Shown here: piece by piece, positions 7,940 through 16,863 of the stretch
Layout of the letters: every line of letters begins with the position of its first letter
Position numbering within the stretch: position 1 is the stretch's first letter
Virus record (IMG/VR): IMGVR_UViG_3300024303_000028
Location: 1-44,612 of that record
From: a virus
Lineage: Duplodnaviria > Heunggongvirae > Uroviricota > Caudoviricetes
Direction: 5' to 3' (one strand)
DNA: 44,612 bases
Notes under the pieces: model-generated
Seen by the model: only the letters and a program-made list of their open reading frames with translations
The model's database searches: none
What the model was told of the DNA's origin: nothing
Position numbers and translations under genes: made by a program

Positions 7940-8679
7940 CGGAGATTATTCTTGATGAGCGGGCTTGGTGCGAAAACATCCTTAGCAAGTTTGATATGGG
8001 CACCTCGCCGGTGACAACACTCAATCGACTTGCAAAGTATTACCACTCCATCGGTTGTAAAAAGAGTGAGATCAGCCGCAAGCTGGAAGAGTTCATCCTG
8101 CGTTGCAATCCGTCCGCAAATATGATGCGCTGGCAAGAAGTAGTCGACACCTGCGTTAAGCATGCGGACAGACGACCATTGATACATATTGACTCCATCG
8201 ATATCAATAAATCCGAGCTCGATCAGATCTCTCTTCTCTCTGGGCAGATGGCTCAGAAGCTGGCATTTACTTTGCTCTGTATTGCTAAATACAGGAATGC
8301 GGTGAGTCCGAAGAATGACAGTTGGGTCAACATGGATAGTAGAGACGTTTTCAGAATGGCTAATGCTCAGACGACGCGTGTTCGTCAATACACGATGCTG
8401 AACGATCTGCTTTTAGCTGGGTATGTGAGCATGAATCATATTGTCGACAACGTCAGTATGCGCGTAACATTCATCGATAATTGCAGCGATGTGGCTATGC
8501 GTATCACAGATTTCCGCAACTTAGGCAATCAATATCTTAATTACTATCATGGCGGTTATGTTGAGTGTGCCCATTGTGGGCTAGTAATTAAGCGGAGTGG
8601 GCGCAACCAGAAATATTGTAAGGCATGTTCGGAGATGAAAAGGGCGACAAATACGCGCCGTTTGAATTGCGCCGCATGA
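7936..8679 (+). CDS. Hypothetical protein with C-terminal Zn ribbon, translationally coupled to the RNAP
   Basis: ATGA overlap with the yonO stop; SD AAAGGAG; CAHCG...KYCKAC followed by a basic tail. Confidence 0.8.
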   Translation: MTEIILDERAWCENILSKFDMGTSPVTTLNRLAKYYHSIGCKKSEISRKLEEFILRCNPSANMMRWQEVVDTCVKHADRRPLIHIDSIDINKSELDQISLLSGQMAQKLAFTLLCIAKYRNAVSPKNDSWVNMDSRDVFRMANAQTTRVRQYTMLNDLLLAGYVSMNHIVDNVSMRVTFIDNCSDVAMRITDFRNLGNQYLNYYHGGYVECAHCGLVIKRSGRNQKYCKACSEMKRATNTRRLNCAA

Positions 8680-8711
8680 GGTTGAGTGTTCGACTTTTCA
8701 TCATTTTTGAC

Positions 8712-8791
8712 CCCCTCAAAAGTTCGGTATATATCGGCTTTTGAGGGGTGCTGTCAATTACCTTATATATGGTATATAAACATAATATACC
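8712..8791 (+). promoter_or_regulatory. Candidate late-promoter region with two inverted repeats and an AT-rich core
   Basis: CCCCTCAAAAG-N15-CTTTTGAGGGG (8712-8748); GGTATAT-N7-ATATACC (8771-8791); the largest gap between the RNAP module and the late genes. Confidence 0.45.
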
Positions 8792-8811
8792 GAATAAAAG
8801 GAGGAATTGAC

Positions 8812-9207
8812 ATGACTGAACTAATGATTGAACTGGTATCCGTTGTGCTACAGATTGCGCTTGTCGCCATCGCCGGCCTGCTGACCAAGCACGCTCTGCC
8901 TTGGCTGAACGACGTTGTTGTGCCGTGGCTGCAGGAGCGTCATCTGTATAACACCATCTGTTACTTCGTGCAGGCCGCGGAGAAGCTAGCTACCACCGGT
9001 AAGATTGACAAGGAAACAAAGAAGAGCTATGTCGTCAAGTTGCTGGAGGGTAAGGGCGTTAAGGTTACGGATGCTGTTGACGCGATGATTGAGTCCGCGG
9101 TACTTGATCTGGACATTGCTTTTGATAGCGTTGTTGATATTGTAACCAAGCCTTTTGAGGGCGAACAGTCCGCAGATGGCGATGATGAGATCTCCGAGCA
9201 GGAGTAA
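8812..9207 (+). CDS. Putative phage holin, LL-H-like (131 aa)
   Basis: SD AGGAGG 8799-8804 supports ATG 8812; N-terminal TM helix, then VQAAEKL...KKSYVVKLL...IESAV typical of LL-H family holins. Confidence 0.7.
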   Translation: MTELMIELVSVVLQIALVAIAGLLTKHALPWLNDVVVPWLQERHLYNTICYFVQAAEKLATTGKIDKETKKSYVVKLLEGKGVKVTDAVDAMIESAVLDLDIAFDSVVDIVTKPFEGEQSADGDDEISEQE

Positions 9208-9231
9208 TCTTACGGAACGAAAGGAGATCGC

Positions 9232-9390
9232 ATGATTCAGATTTCTAAGATCGAAGCTGACTACTTGCGCACGAAGCTAAAGAATGTCCCCATTAAGCGT
9301 ACGACTCACAAGTATTATGTAGAAGATAATGCCGCTGTCCGTGCCGTACTGCGTCGAATGCCTGTGAAGGCGGTGGCTGTGTCATGCTGA
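9232..9390 (+). CDS. Small basic hypothetical protein (52 aa; MIQISKIEADYLRTKLKN...), absent from ORF track
   Basis: SD AAAGGAG; open frame 9232-9390 overlapping the next start. Confidence 0.7.
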   Translation: MIQISKIEADYLRTKLKNVPIKRTTHKYYVEDNAAVRAVLRRMPVKAVAVSC

Positions 9391-10616
9391 GCCGTCTTCC
9401 CGGAGAAAGCGATTACCAATACCACCGTCGTCTGATTATGGGTAAGTTGGTCGATCACACCCTTGCCGATGTAGACTATAGCGAATTGTCTGTCCCGTTA
9501 TATGGGAAGCCGCTTAGTTCCGATGCTACTCGGAAAGCGATGTACGGCAGTCGTGATACGATCGAACTAATGGAGAAGGAGCGCATCGCTTCTGCTGTGT
9601 CTTCCGGCGATGTTGTTATGTCGGAGATTGACGCGAAGATGCTTGACCTTCGCAAAGAACAACAGAAGATGTTCGACCAGCGTATGGCGCTAAACCAGGT
9701 TATTCGTGAACGAGCACGAGCCGAAGAGCTGAATGATATTATCAGGTCTGCCATTAGCGCTGGGCAACTACCTCCGTTGCCAGATCCCGACCTGAACCGC
9801 AGGCCGGTTCTCTTCAAGGATAACGATCTACTGATCAGCTTGAACGATATTCACTACGGTGCTGTCGTTGATAATTATTGGTGCAAGTATAACCCGGAGA
9901 TCTGTAAGCAGATGATGGAGAAATACTTGGGCGATATCGCCCGTATTGCTCAACATCATAATAGTGTTAACTGTTATGTATGGGCAAATGGCGACATGAT
10001 CTCCGGTAATATTCATTATGAAATTGCCGTCAGCAACCGGGAAAATCTGGTGAAGCAGGTCATGGGTGTCTCAGAATTGATTGCTTGGTTCTTGAATGAG
10101 TTAAGGCAGTATTTCAACCATGTTTACTTTGTGAGTGTTGCCGGCAATCATTCTCGTATTGGCCAGAAGGATAGGTCCATCATGAATGAACGCCTTGATG
10201 ATCTAGTTGAGTGGTATTTAACCGCTCGCCTTCAGCACTGCTCAGATGTAACAATCGGTTATGGTGACAAGATCGACACCACTATGTACATTATGAACGT
10301 GCGCGGCAAGAACTACATCGGTGTTCATGGCGACTACGACCCGACGCCGGCTAATATTCAAACGCTACAGACCATGGCTCAACGCCCAATTTTCGCTGTG
10401 CTTCTGGGACATAAGCATCATAATGAACAATCATATGTTCAGGGTATCCGTACGATGATGGCAGGTAGTTTTCAGGGCATGGATTCTTTCTGCGTCCAAC
10501 GCCGTATTTATGGCAAGCCGCAACAAATGGTATGCGTGTGCGATCAAGCTGGCATCGTATGTACTTATGACATTGATCTCGAGGTGAGAAGCAATGACGT
10601 ATATCTGGCAAGTTAA
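9384..10616 (+). CDS. Calcineurin-like metallophosphoesterase (SPbeta YonJ-like)
   Basis: Motifs NDIHYG, NGDMISG, AGNHSR, HGD, LGHKHH; N-terminal coiled coil. Confidence 0.85.
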   Translation: MLSRLPGESDYQYHRRLIMGKLVDHTLADVDYSELSVPLYGKPLSSDATRKAMYGSRDTIELMEKERIASAVSSGDVVMSEIDAKMLDLRKEQQKMFDQRMALNQVIRERARAEELNDIIRSAISAGQLPPLPDPDLNRRPVLFKDNDLLISLNDIHYGAVVDNYWCKYNPEICKQMMEKYLGDIARIAQHHNSVNCYVWANGDMISGNIHYEIAVSNRENLVKQVMGVSELIAWFLNELRQYFNHVYFVSVAGNHSRIGQKDRSIMNERLDDLVEWYLTARLQHCSDVTIGYGDKIDTTMYIMNVRGKNYIGVHGDYDPTPANIQTLQTMAQRPIFAVLLGHKHHNEQSYVQGIRTMMAGSFQGMDSFCVQRRIYGKPQQMVCVCDQAGIVCTYDIDLEVRSNDVYLAS

Positions 10617-10848
10617 GATCCTGTTGCACTGCGGCGTTGAATATTCGGGTGAGTTTGAATCCGAGTGCGGGTGCAGTAAAGATGTCTTCACTGAGCTAAT
10701 GTCAGATACTGATGGCGGCCCATGTGAATTTGTTTCATTTTATAATCGAACGGATCGACAATTGATTTATGTAGCTCGGGATCAGATCTCGGCGGTATGC
10801 TTGACGCCGCCTGCGATGCTTCGTGAGTATATTGGTATTGTGAATTAA
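10594..10848 (+). CDS. Small hypothetical protein (84 aa)
   Basis: SD GAGGTG; overlaps the upstream stop and fills the gap to the next gene. Confidence 0.6.
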   Translation: MTYIWQVKILLHCGVEYSGEFESECGCSKDVFTELMSDTDGGPCEFVSFYNRTDRQLIYVARDQISAVCLTPPAMLREYIGIVN

Positions 10849-10864
10849 ATTTGGAGGTGACCAT

Positions 10865-11890
10865 ATGGCGAGAAAGACCAGGGTCAACAAGATCACGGAC
10901 CCTGCAACGCTGGCCAGGGTCAACCCCGATAACCAACGCTTGCTTGATGACTTTATGGAATATCTGAAGTCAACACAGAAGAGTCCATCAACGATCGCGG
11001 TTTATAAGAATGATATTGAAATCGCGTGGGTATGGGGACTTCATCATAATCGTGACAAGGCGTTTGTTGATTGGAAGAAGCGTGACATTATGTCATTCCA
11101 GAATTACTTGGTGAACGAAAATGGGAATAGCCCTGCACGAGTACGTCGAATCAAGGCTACGCTCTCATCGCTTTCAAATTTTATCGAGAATATTCTGGAT
11201 GACGAATATCCCAATTTCCGTAATATCATCCATAAGGTGGAAAGTCCCGTCCTGCAACCTGTGCGAGAAAAGACCATCCTTTCTGATGAGCAGCTACAAG
11301 GATTGCTGGATCATTTGACGGAGAAGGGCGATTATGAAAAAGCGTGCATGGTTGCTCTGGCAATGTGCTCTGGTCGACGCAAGTCCGAGCTTGTGTTGTT
11401 CAAAGTCAACTACTTTGCAGACGAGCATATTGTGTCCGGTTCTCTTTATCGCACACCAGAGAAGATCAAAACAAAGGGACGCGGTAACGGGAAATACATA
11501 CATTGCTATACATTAGCACATCAGTTCAAACCTTATTTTGATATGTGGATGAAGTATCGTCGCGAGCACGGGGTCGAGAGCGAGTGGTTATTCCCAAGCC
11601 ATGACGATATGAGCCAGCATCTATCCGTTTCATCTATGAACAGCTGGGCTCAGTCTATCTCACGATATCTGGGTGTGAGTTTCTACTGGCACTCTCTACG
11701 ACATTATACAACAACATATTTAGCCAAGGCCGGGATCCCTGATAGCGTCATCGCGCAACTTTTCTCATGGGAGAGCGTGGATATGGTCTCTGTGTACAAT
11801 GATACCACGATTGACGAAAGCCTTGACAAATATTTTAATGCCAACGGTATTGTTGCCGGTGCAACCAAAAGTGTTGCAGATTTGGCATGA
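10865..11890 (+). CDS. Tyrosine recombinase, XerC/D-like architecture with N-terminal SAM-like domain (341 aa)
   Basis: SGRRKSEL, KTKG, HSLRHY, FSW..., VSVY; SD GGAGGTG. Confidence 0.9.
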   Translation: MARKTRVNKITDPATLARVNPDNQRLLDDFMEYLKSTQKSPSTIAVYKNDIEIAWVWGLHHNRDKAFVDWKKRDIMSFQNYLVNENGNSPARVRRIKATLSSLSNFIENILDDEYPNFRNIIHKVESPVLQPVREKTILSDEQLQGLLDHLTEKGDYEKACMVALAMCSGRRKSELVLFKVNYFADEHIVSGSLYRTPEKIKTKGRGNGKYIHCYTLAHQFKPYFDMWMKYRREHGVESEWLFPSHDDMSQHLSVSSMNSWAQSISRYLGVSFYWHSLRHYTTTYLAKAGIPDSVIAQLFSWESVDMVSVYNDTTIDESLDKYFNANGIVAGATKSVADLA

Positions 11891-11915
11891 CTGATCAGAA
11901 CGAAAGGAAGAAAAT

Positions 11916-12215
11916 ATGAATCAGAGTTTGAAGCATCGCGAGTTTGTTGAACTGCTCGCGAAGAAGGGGTATACCAAAAAGGACGCGAAGCAGATCGTTG
12001 ATGACTTCATCGCAACGTTAATGGAGTGTATGGCTGCCGGTGACGAAATTCATTTCCATGGATTTGGCACTTTCAGCGTTATCGAGGTCGATGATCGTGA
12101 GTCCGTTGATATGCAAACCCAGGAGCGCATTGTTATTCCCGGTCATAGTGTTCCTAAATTCTCTGCCGGCAAGAGCCTGCGTCGCGCTGTGCGAGACGGC
12201 TTTGTGCGTGAGTAA
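11916..12215 (+). CDS. hup: HU family DNA-binding protein (SPbeta YonN-like)
   Basis: IHFHGFGTFSV...IVIPGHSVPKFSAGKSLRRAV HU signature; 99 aa. Confidence 0.93.
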   Translation: MNQSLKHREFVELLAKKGYTKKDAKQIVDDFIATLMECMAAGDEIHFHGFGTFSVIEVDDRESVDMQTQERIVIPGHSVPKFSAGKSLRRAVRDGFVRE

Positions 12216-12229
12216 TCTGCACCCGGCTC

Positions 12230-13285
12230 ATGCCTAAGCAGAGTAAGATACGTTCTCCAGGCGCCAGATCGGGGACGCAGGAGACGAAGCCGGAAGCCAC
12301 GGGCGTTTTTACATGCACACGTTGCGGCGTCTCGTACAGGATACAGCGGCATAACTTCCCGTCGTCTCAAAGCCCGTTATTCGCAAAGAATAACGGGTTT
12401 TTGCCTATCTGCGGGAATTGTCTCGACACGCTGTTCTCCAAGTACCGAGATACCCTTGGCAGTGAGAGCGCGGCAGCAAAGCGTGTTTGCATGAAGATGG
12501 ATATTTACTGGAACGAGCGTTTGTTCGAATCAACTGTTAAGAGTATCAATAAGGAAAACTACTCTTCCCTGATTCGATGTTACATTAACAAAACAAATCT
12601 GATTCGTTTTGCCGGTAAAACCTATGATGATACGCTGATTGAAGAGTCTGCTGTGTGGGAGGCCGCAAAGGAAGCGAAGGAACGCGAGGCGGCGACTGGC
12701 GAACTTTCCGACAATACTCCCAAGTTGGAAGATGTTGAATTCTGGGGTGAAGGATATTCCACGCGCGAGTACGATCTGCTAAACAAGAAGTACGAGCAGT
12801 GGGTCGCAAATCACGCTAATGGTGACGAAGAAGCTGGAGAATTGCCCGTTGGCACTTCTACTTTATACCGTCAAATCTGTACGTTGGAGATGCAGATTAA
12901 CCGTAATATGATTGCCGGCAAGCCTACAGAATCTGCAATCAACCAGTTAAACAATTTGATTGGCAGCGTGAACGCCCGTCCCAATCAGACGAGTGGCGAT
13001 GGCGTAGGCGGCTCTTTTGATAGCATGCCATTTGGTATGGGTATTCGTATCTTCGAGAACACGAAACCAATACCGAAGCCTCTGCCACAGCTCGAAGATG
13101 TAGACGGCATTGTTCGCTACATCTCAATCTGGTTCCTTGGTCATCTCTGCAAGATGCTTCACATCAAGAACTGCTATTGCAAGATGTATGAGGAGGAAAT
13201 CGAACGTCTACGAGTAAGCAAGCCCGAGCTTGAGGGAGAAGACGACGAAACGGTTTTCAATAATATCTTTGGTGATGGTGACTAA
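12230..13285 (+). CDS. Zn-finger protein directly upstream of TerL (YonG-like; candidate terminase small subunit)
   Basis: CTRC...CGNC; stop overlaps the TerL start; synteny. Confidence 0.55.
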   Translation: MPKQSKIRSPGARSGTQETKPEATGVFTCTRCGVSYRIQRHNFPSSQSPLFAKNNGFLPICGNCLDTLFSKYRDTLGSESAAAKRVCMKMDIYWNERLFESTVKSINKENYSSLIRCYINKTNLIRFAGKTYDDTLIEESAVWEAAKEAKEREAATGELSDNTPKLEDVEFWGEGYSTREYDLLNKKYEQWVANHANGDEEAGELPVGTSTLYRQICTLEMQINRNMIAGKPTESAINQLNNLIGSVNARPNQTSGDGVGGSFDSMPFGMGIRIFENTKPIPKPLPQLEDVDGIVRYISIWFLGHLCKMLHIKNCYCKMYEEEIERLRVSKPELEGEDDETVFNNIFGDGD

Positions 13286-15087
13286 TGAGAAAGTCCAAGG
13301 AAGGCTACACCGCCCGAGGTCCAATAAATGAGCACCAAGAAAGAGTGCTCGAGGCCGTTGGCATTTGGGCGGCGTATTACCGAAGCAACATACATCGGTT
13401 TGTGGAAGATTATTTTCATGTCTCCCTGAAACTCTTCCAGATCATCCTTCTGGTGATGATGGATCGGTGTGCGACGTTTGTCTTTATCGCTTGCCGCGGT
13501 TTAGGTAAAACGTTTTTGAGCGCAGTGTTTATATGTGCTCGTGCCATTCTTTATCCGGGCAGTAAGATTTGTATTGCGTCTGGTACGCGAGGCCAGAGTG
13601 TCAACGTGATAGAAAAGATTCTACAAGAGCTTGTTCCAAATTCACCAGAATTGGCGAATGAAATTGATATGTCTAAAACACAGATCAATGGCACAAATGC
13701 AATATTGGTGTTTAAGAATTCTTCATATATCAAGGTTGTTACTGCCAGTGACTCTGGACGTGGTAATCGAGCTCACCTATTGTTATTGGACGAGTTCCGC
13801 ATGATCAAGAAGGATGTCATTGACACCATCTTAAAGAAGTTCCAGGCGAGTCCGCGTCACCCAGGTTATCTGGATCGTCCGGAGTACAAGGGACGTGCCG
13901 ATTTGTATGAGCGCAATAAGACGATGTACCTATCCAGCGCATACTATAAAGACCATTGGTCTTATATGCGTTGCAAGGATAGTTGTCGTTTTATGTTGGA
14001 TGAGGGGCGGTCAAACTTTGTTTGTGGACTTCCGTATCAGCTTGCGATTCAGGAAGGATTACTGATGGAGGAGGACGTGATCGAACAGATCTCTGAGACC
14101 GACTTCAACGAGATCCGCTGGCTCATGGAAATGTGCGCTGAGTTCTGGGGCGGAGCAGACGGGTCGTTCTTCAATTACGACGCTATTGCTAAAAATCGTC
14201 GTATTGAATACATCATGCTTCCTGACGCAATATCAATGAAGATCCCGTCATCAACGAAGTTCCGTATTCAGCCTAAGCAACCGGGCGAGCGAAGGTTGCT
14301 GTCTGTTGACGTTGCATTGATGGCGTCAACAAGATACAGAAACGACGCATCCGCCGTGTTTATCAATCAACTTATTCCAACAAAGACGGCTCGATATATG
14401 AACAATATCATATATACAGAATCGCACGAGGGTTTTCGAACTGAAGCAGAAGCATTGAGAATCCGTAAGCTATTTGAGGAGTATGATTGTGACTACATTA
14501 TTCTGGACGTAAAGAGCTTCGGCCTGAGTGTATACGATGCTCTGTCCAGCGAATTGATAGATCCGGATTCTGGAGAGGTATATCCTCCTCTATGTTGTTG
14601 CAATAATGATGAGTTGGCGTCTCGCTGCTCAGACCCAGACATTCCGGAAGAGCGTAAGGTTATATGGGCAGTCAATGGTAACGCAAAGTTTAATAGCGAT
14701 TGCGCGATCATGTTGCGTGAAGGCTTCAGATCCGGCTATATTCGTCTACCAATTGTAGAGGATGATGCCGAAACGCTGATGAACGCAATCAAGGGCTTTG
14801 GCAATTTACCACTGCAGGACCGACTTGAGTTTGTGCTTCCGTATGTCAATACCACGTTATTGATTAACGAGCTCGTGAACCTGCGTCATGAAGAATCGTC
14901 TGGCGTTGTGCGAATTCTTGAGAAGAGCACCATGCGCAAAGATAGATATTCCAGCCTTAGCTACAACTATTATGTTGCACTGCAGCTGGAAAAGAAAATG
15001 CGACGGGAGGAGACTCGCGCCGCATCTTACGATCAAGATATTTTTACATACCGCGCTCCTAGGCGGCATGATAAAGAAAGGTGGTGA
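13285..15087 (+). CDS. terL: Terminase large subunit (YonF-like)
   Basis: Walker A ACRGLGKT, Walker B LLLLDEF, motif C LSSA, nuclease VDVAL, C-terminal KDRYSSL. Confidence 0.92.
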   Translation: MRKSKEGYTARGPINEHQERVLEAVGIWAAYYRSNIHRFVEDYFHVSLKLFQIILLVMMDRCATFVFIACRGLGKTFLSAVFICARAILYPGSKICIASGTRGQSVNVIEKILQELVPNSPELANEIDMSKTQINGTNAILVFKNSSYIKVVTASDSGRGNRAHLLLLDEFRMIKKDVIDTILKKFQASPRHPGYLDRPEYKGRADLYERNKTMYLSSAYYKDHWSYMRCKDSCRFMLDEGRSNFVCGLPYQLAIQEGLLMEEDVIEQISETDFNEIRWLMEMCAEFWGGADGSFFNYDAIAKNRRIEYIMLPDAISMKIPSSTKFRIQPKQPGERRLLSVDVALMASTRYRNDASAVFINQLIPTKTARYMNNIIYTESHEGFRTEAEALRIRKLFEEYDCDYIILDVKSFGLSVYDALSSELIDPDSGEVYPPLCCCNNDELASRCSDPDIPEERKVIWAVNGNAKFNSDCAIMLREGFRSGYIRLPIVEDDAETLMNAIKGFGNLPLQDRLEFVLPYVNTTLLINELVNLRHEESSGVVRILEKSTMRKDRYSSLSYNYYVALQLEKKMRREETRAASYDQDIFTYRAPRRHDKERW

Positions 15088-15096
15088 TAGCAGACG

Positions 15097-16635
15097 ATGG
15101 CTAGTAAGAAATCCACTATGCGAGAAACCCCTGCTGATGTGAAGGCCGTCGAGCCGTCACCCGCAACAGCTATTGGCGGCGAGTCCGCTCCCCCTTGGGG
15201 CATCCATTTGCCAGAGCGTTTCGCCGCGATCAACCGTCTGGTAATGCGCGATCTGAACAAGAAGAACGCAAGCTCTCCTTTTGGTAAATATAAAAAGGAA
15301 GATATTCAGCGCTTCTTGAATAAGCCTCAGAACTACAGCAAGCAATTGCGACAGGTAGTGATCTACCTCACCGGCGCAAGTCCGCATTTCCATAGGCTAG
15401 TTCAGTATTTCACCGGCCTAAACGATCTGAACTATGTTATTTCTCCTCACCGATTGGATACGACGACAGCGAACACGAAAACTGTACGCAGGAATTATCA
15501 TCGTGTGTTGAATCTAGTGTCCAGTATGGATCTAAAGAATCAGGGTGAGAAGATAGTAGCGACATGCTTGCGTGAAGATGTGTTCTTTGGTACCATTCGC
15601 GAAAGCGGCGAAAGTACAATTATCCAACGACTGCCGTCCGATTATTGCGATATTGCTGTTATAGAGGACAATGTTCTGAATGTATCTTTTGACTTCTCGT
15701 ATTTTAACCGGTTCCCTGAAAACCTCCCGTTGTACCCGGAGGAGTTCCGGACTAAGTACGCGCTCTATCAGCGACATTCAAACACAATGAGATGGCAGGA
15801 GCTTGATGCCCCGAATTCATTTGCCATTAAGGCCAACAAGGATATTCTGGATTATGCGATCCCTCCATTTGCTGGTATTCTACGTGATATCTACGATGTC
15901 GAAGAATACAAGGAAATGAAGATGACGAAGACAGACATTGAAAATTATGCGCTTCTCGTCATGCAGCTAGGTGTATCCAGCGACGGTCATTGGACGATGG
16001 ATCTAAATAAGGCGCGTGATTTCTGGAGTAACCTAGATCACGTTCTGCCTGAGGAGATTGGTTCTGTACTATCTCCTATGCCTATCAACAAGATTAGCTT
16101 TGAAAGAACACGGTCGTCCGACTCTGATACGGTAGCTGAGGCCGAGCAGAATCTGTTCACAGCAGCCGGCGTTTCTAGCCTCTTGTTTAACAATGAGAAG
16201 GCTTCGTCAAATGCTTTGCTCTTGTCAATCAAGGCCGATCAAGCATTGACCTACTCGATCGTTAAGAGTCTCGAGTGTGTCCTGAATCGCTTCATCCGGC
16301 GTCATAGCTATGGCAAGTACTTCAAGATTACGTTTATCGATAGCAGCCCCTTTAATCGTAAAGAAGTGGGTGATGCGTATCTGAAGGCATGTCAGTATGG
16401 TTTGCCTATGGTAAGCTATTACTGTGCTTCGCAGGGGCTCTTGCAGGACGAGATGGATGGTATGAATTACTTGGAAGACACTGTACTCGGAATCAAGAAT
16501 CGTTTCTTACCGCTAAAGAGTTCTGCTACGCAGTCCAAGAATGATTCAGACAGCGATTCCGACGGTGAAGCTGGACGTCCGGAAAGTGACTTGGGCGAGC
16601 TAAGTGAAGCCGGCGAACAATCGAGGGAGGCGTAA
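15097..16635 (+). CDS. Portal protein (YonE-like)
   Basis: 512 aa directly after TerL; acidic C-terminal tail ending GRP...; synteny. Confidence 0.75.
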   Translation: MASKKSTMRETPADVKAVEPSPATAIGGESAPPWGIHLPERFAAINRLVMRDLNKKNASSPFGKYKKEDIQRFLNKPQNYSKQLRQVVIYLTGASPHFHRLVQYFTGLNDLNYVISPHRLDTTTANTKTVRRNYHRVLNLVSSMDLKNQGEKIVATCLREDVFFGTIRESGESTIIQRLPSDYCDIAVIEDNVLNVSFDFSYFNRFPENLPLYPEEFRTKYALYQRHSNTMRWQELDAPNSFAIKANKDILDYAIPPFAGILRDIYDVEEYKEMKMTKTDIENYALLVMQLGVSSDGHWTMDLNKARDFWSNLDHVLPEEIGSVLSPMPINKISFERTRSSDSDTVAEAEQNLFTAAGVSSLLFNNEKASSNALLLSIKADQALTYSIVKSLECVLNRFIRRHSYGKYFKITFIDSSPFNRKEVGDAYLKACQYGLPMVSYYCASQGLLQDEMDGMNYLEDTVLGIKNRFLPLKSSATQSKNDSDSDSDGEAGRPESDLGELSEAGEQSREA

Positions 16636-16638
16636 GAT

Positions 16639-16815
16639 ATGCCGTTCATTTATGTAATGGATGAAGAGTCCAAAGATAAACTACTTGCTCTTGGTTATCG
16701 ATTGATTAAGGGCAGCGAAGAGAAACAGGTTTGGGTTTTCGATACGCCTGAGAAGTTTACCTTTAGTTCTGCCCCCGATGTACCGCATGTTGTATCTAAT
16801 ATGTTGGTGTTCTGA
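16639..16815 (+). CDS. Small hypothetical protein (58 aa; MPFIYVMDEESKDKLLALGY...), absent from ORF track
   Basis: SD GGAGG at the end of portal; open frame followed by a terminator. Confidence 0.7.
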   Translation: MPFIYVMDEESKDKLLALGYRLIKGSEEKQVWVFDTPEKFTFSSAPDVPHVVSNMLVF

Positions 16816-16819
16816 CAAT

Positions 16820-16842
16820 GCCCAAGAGGGCTTTTTTATTTT
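16820..16842 (+). terminator. Short intrinsic terminator GCCC-aaga-GGGC-TTTTTT
   Basis: 4-bp GC stem followed by a long T-tract. Confidence 0.6.
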
Positions 16843-16863
16843 GCAGGAAAGGTGGTGAATGAA

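Noticed and set aside
8686-8811. N-terminal extension of the holin ORF given in the track
   Set aside because: Strong SD supports ATG 8812, and the extension runs through the palindromic intergenic region
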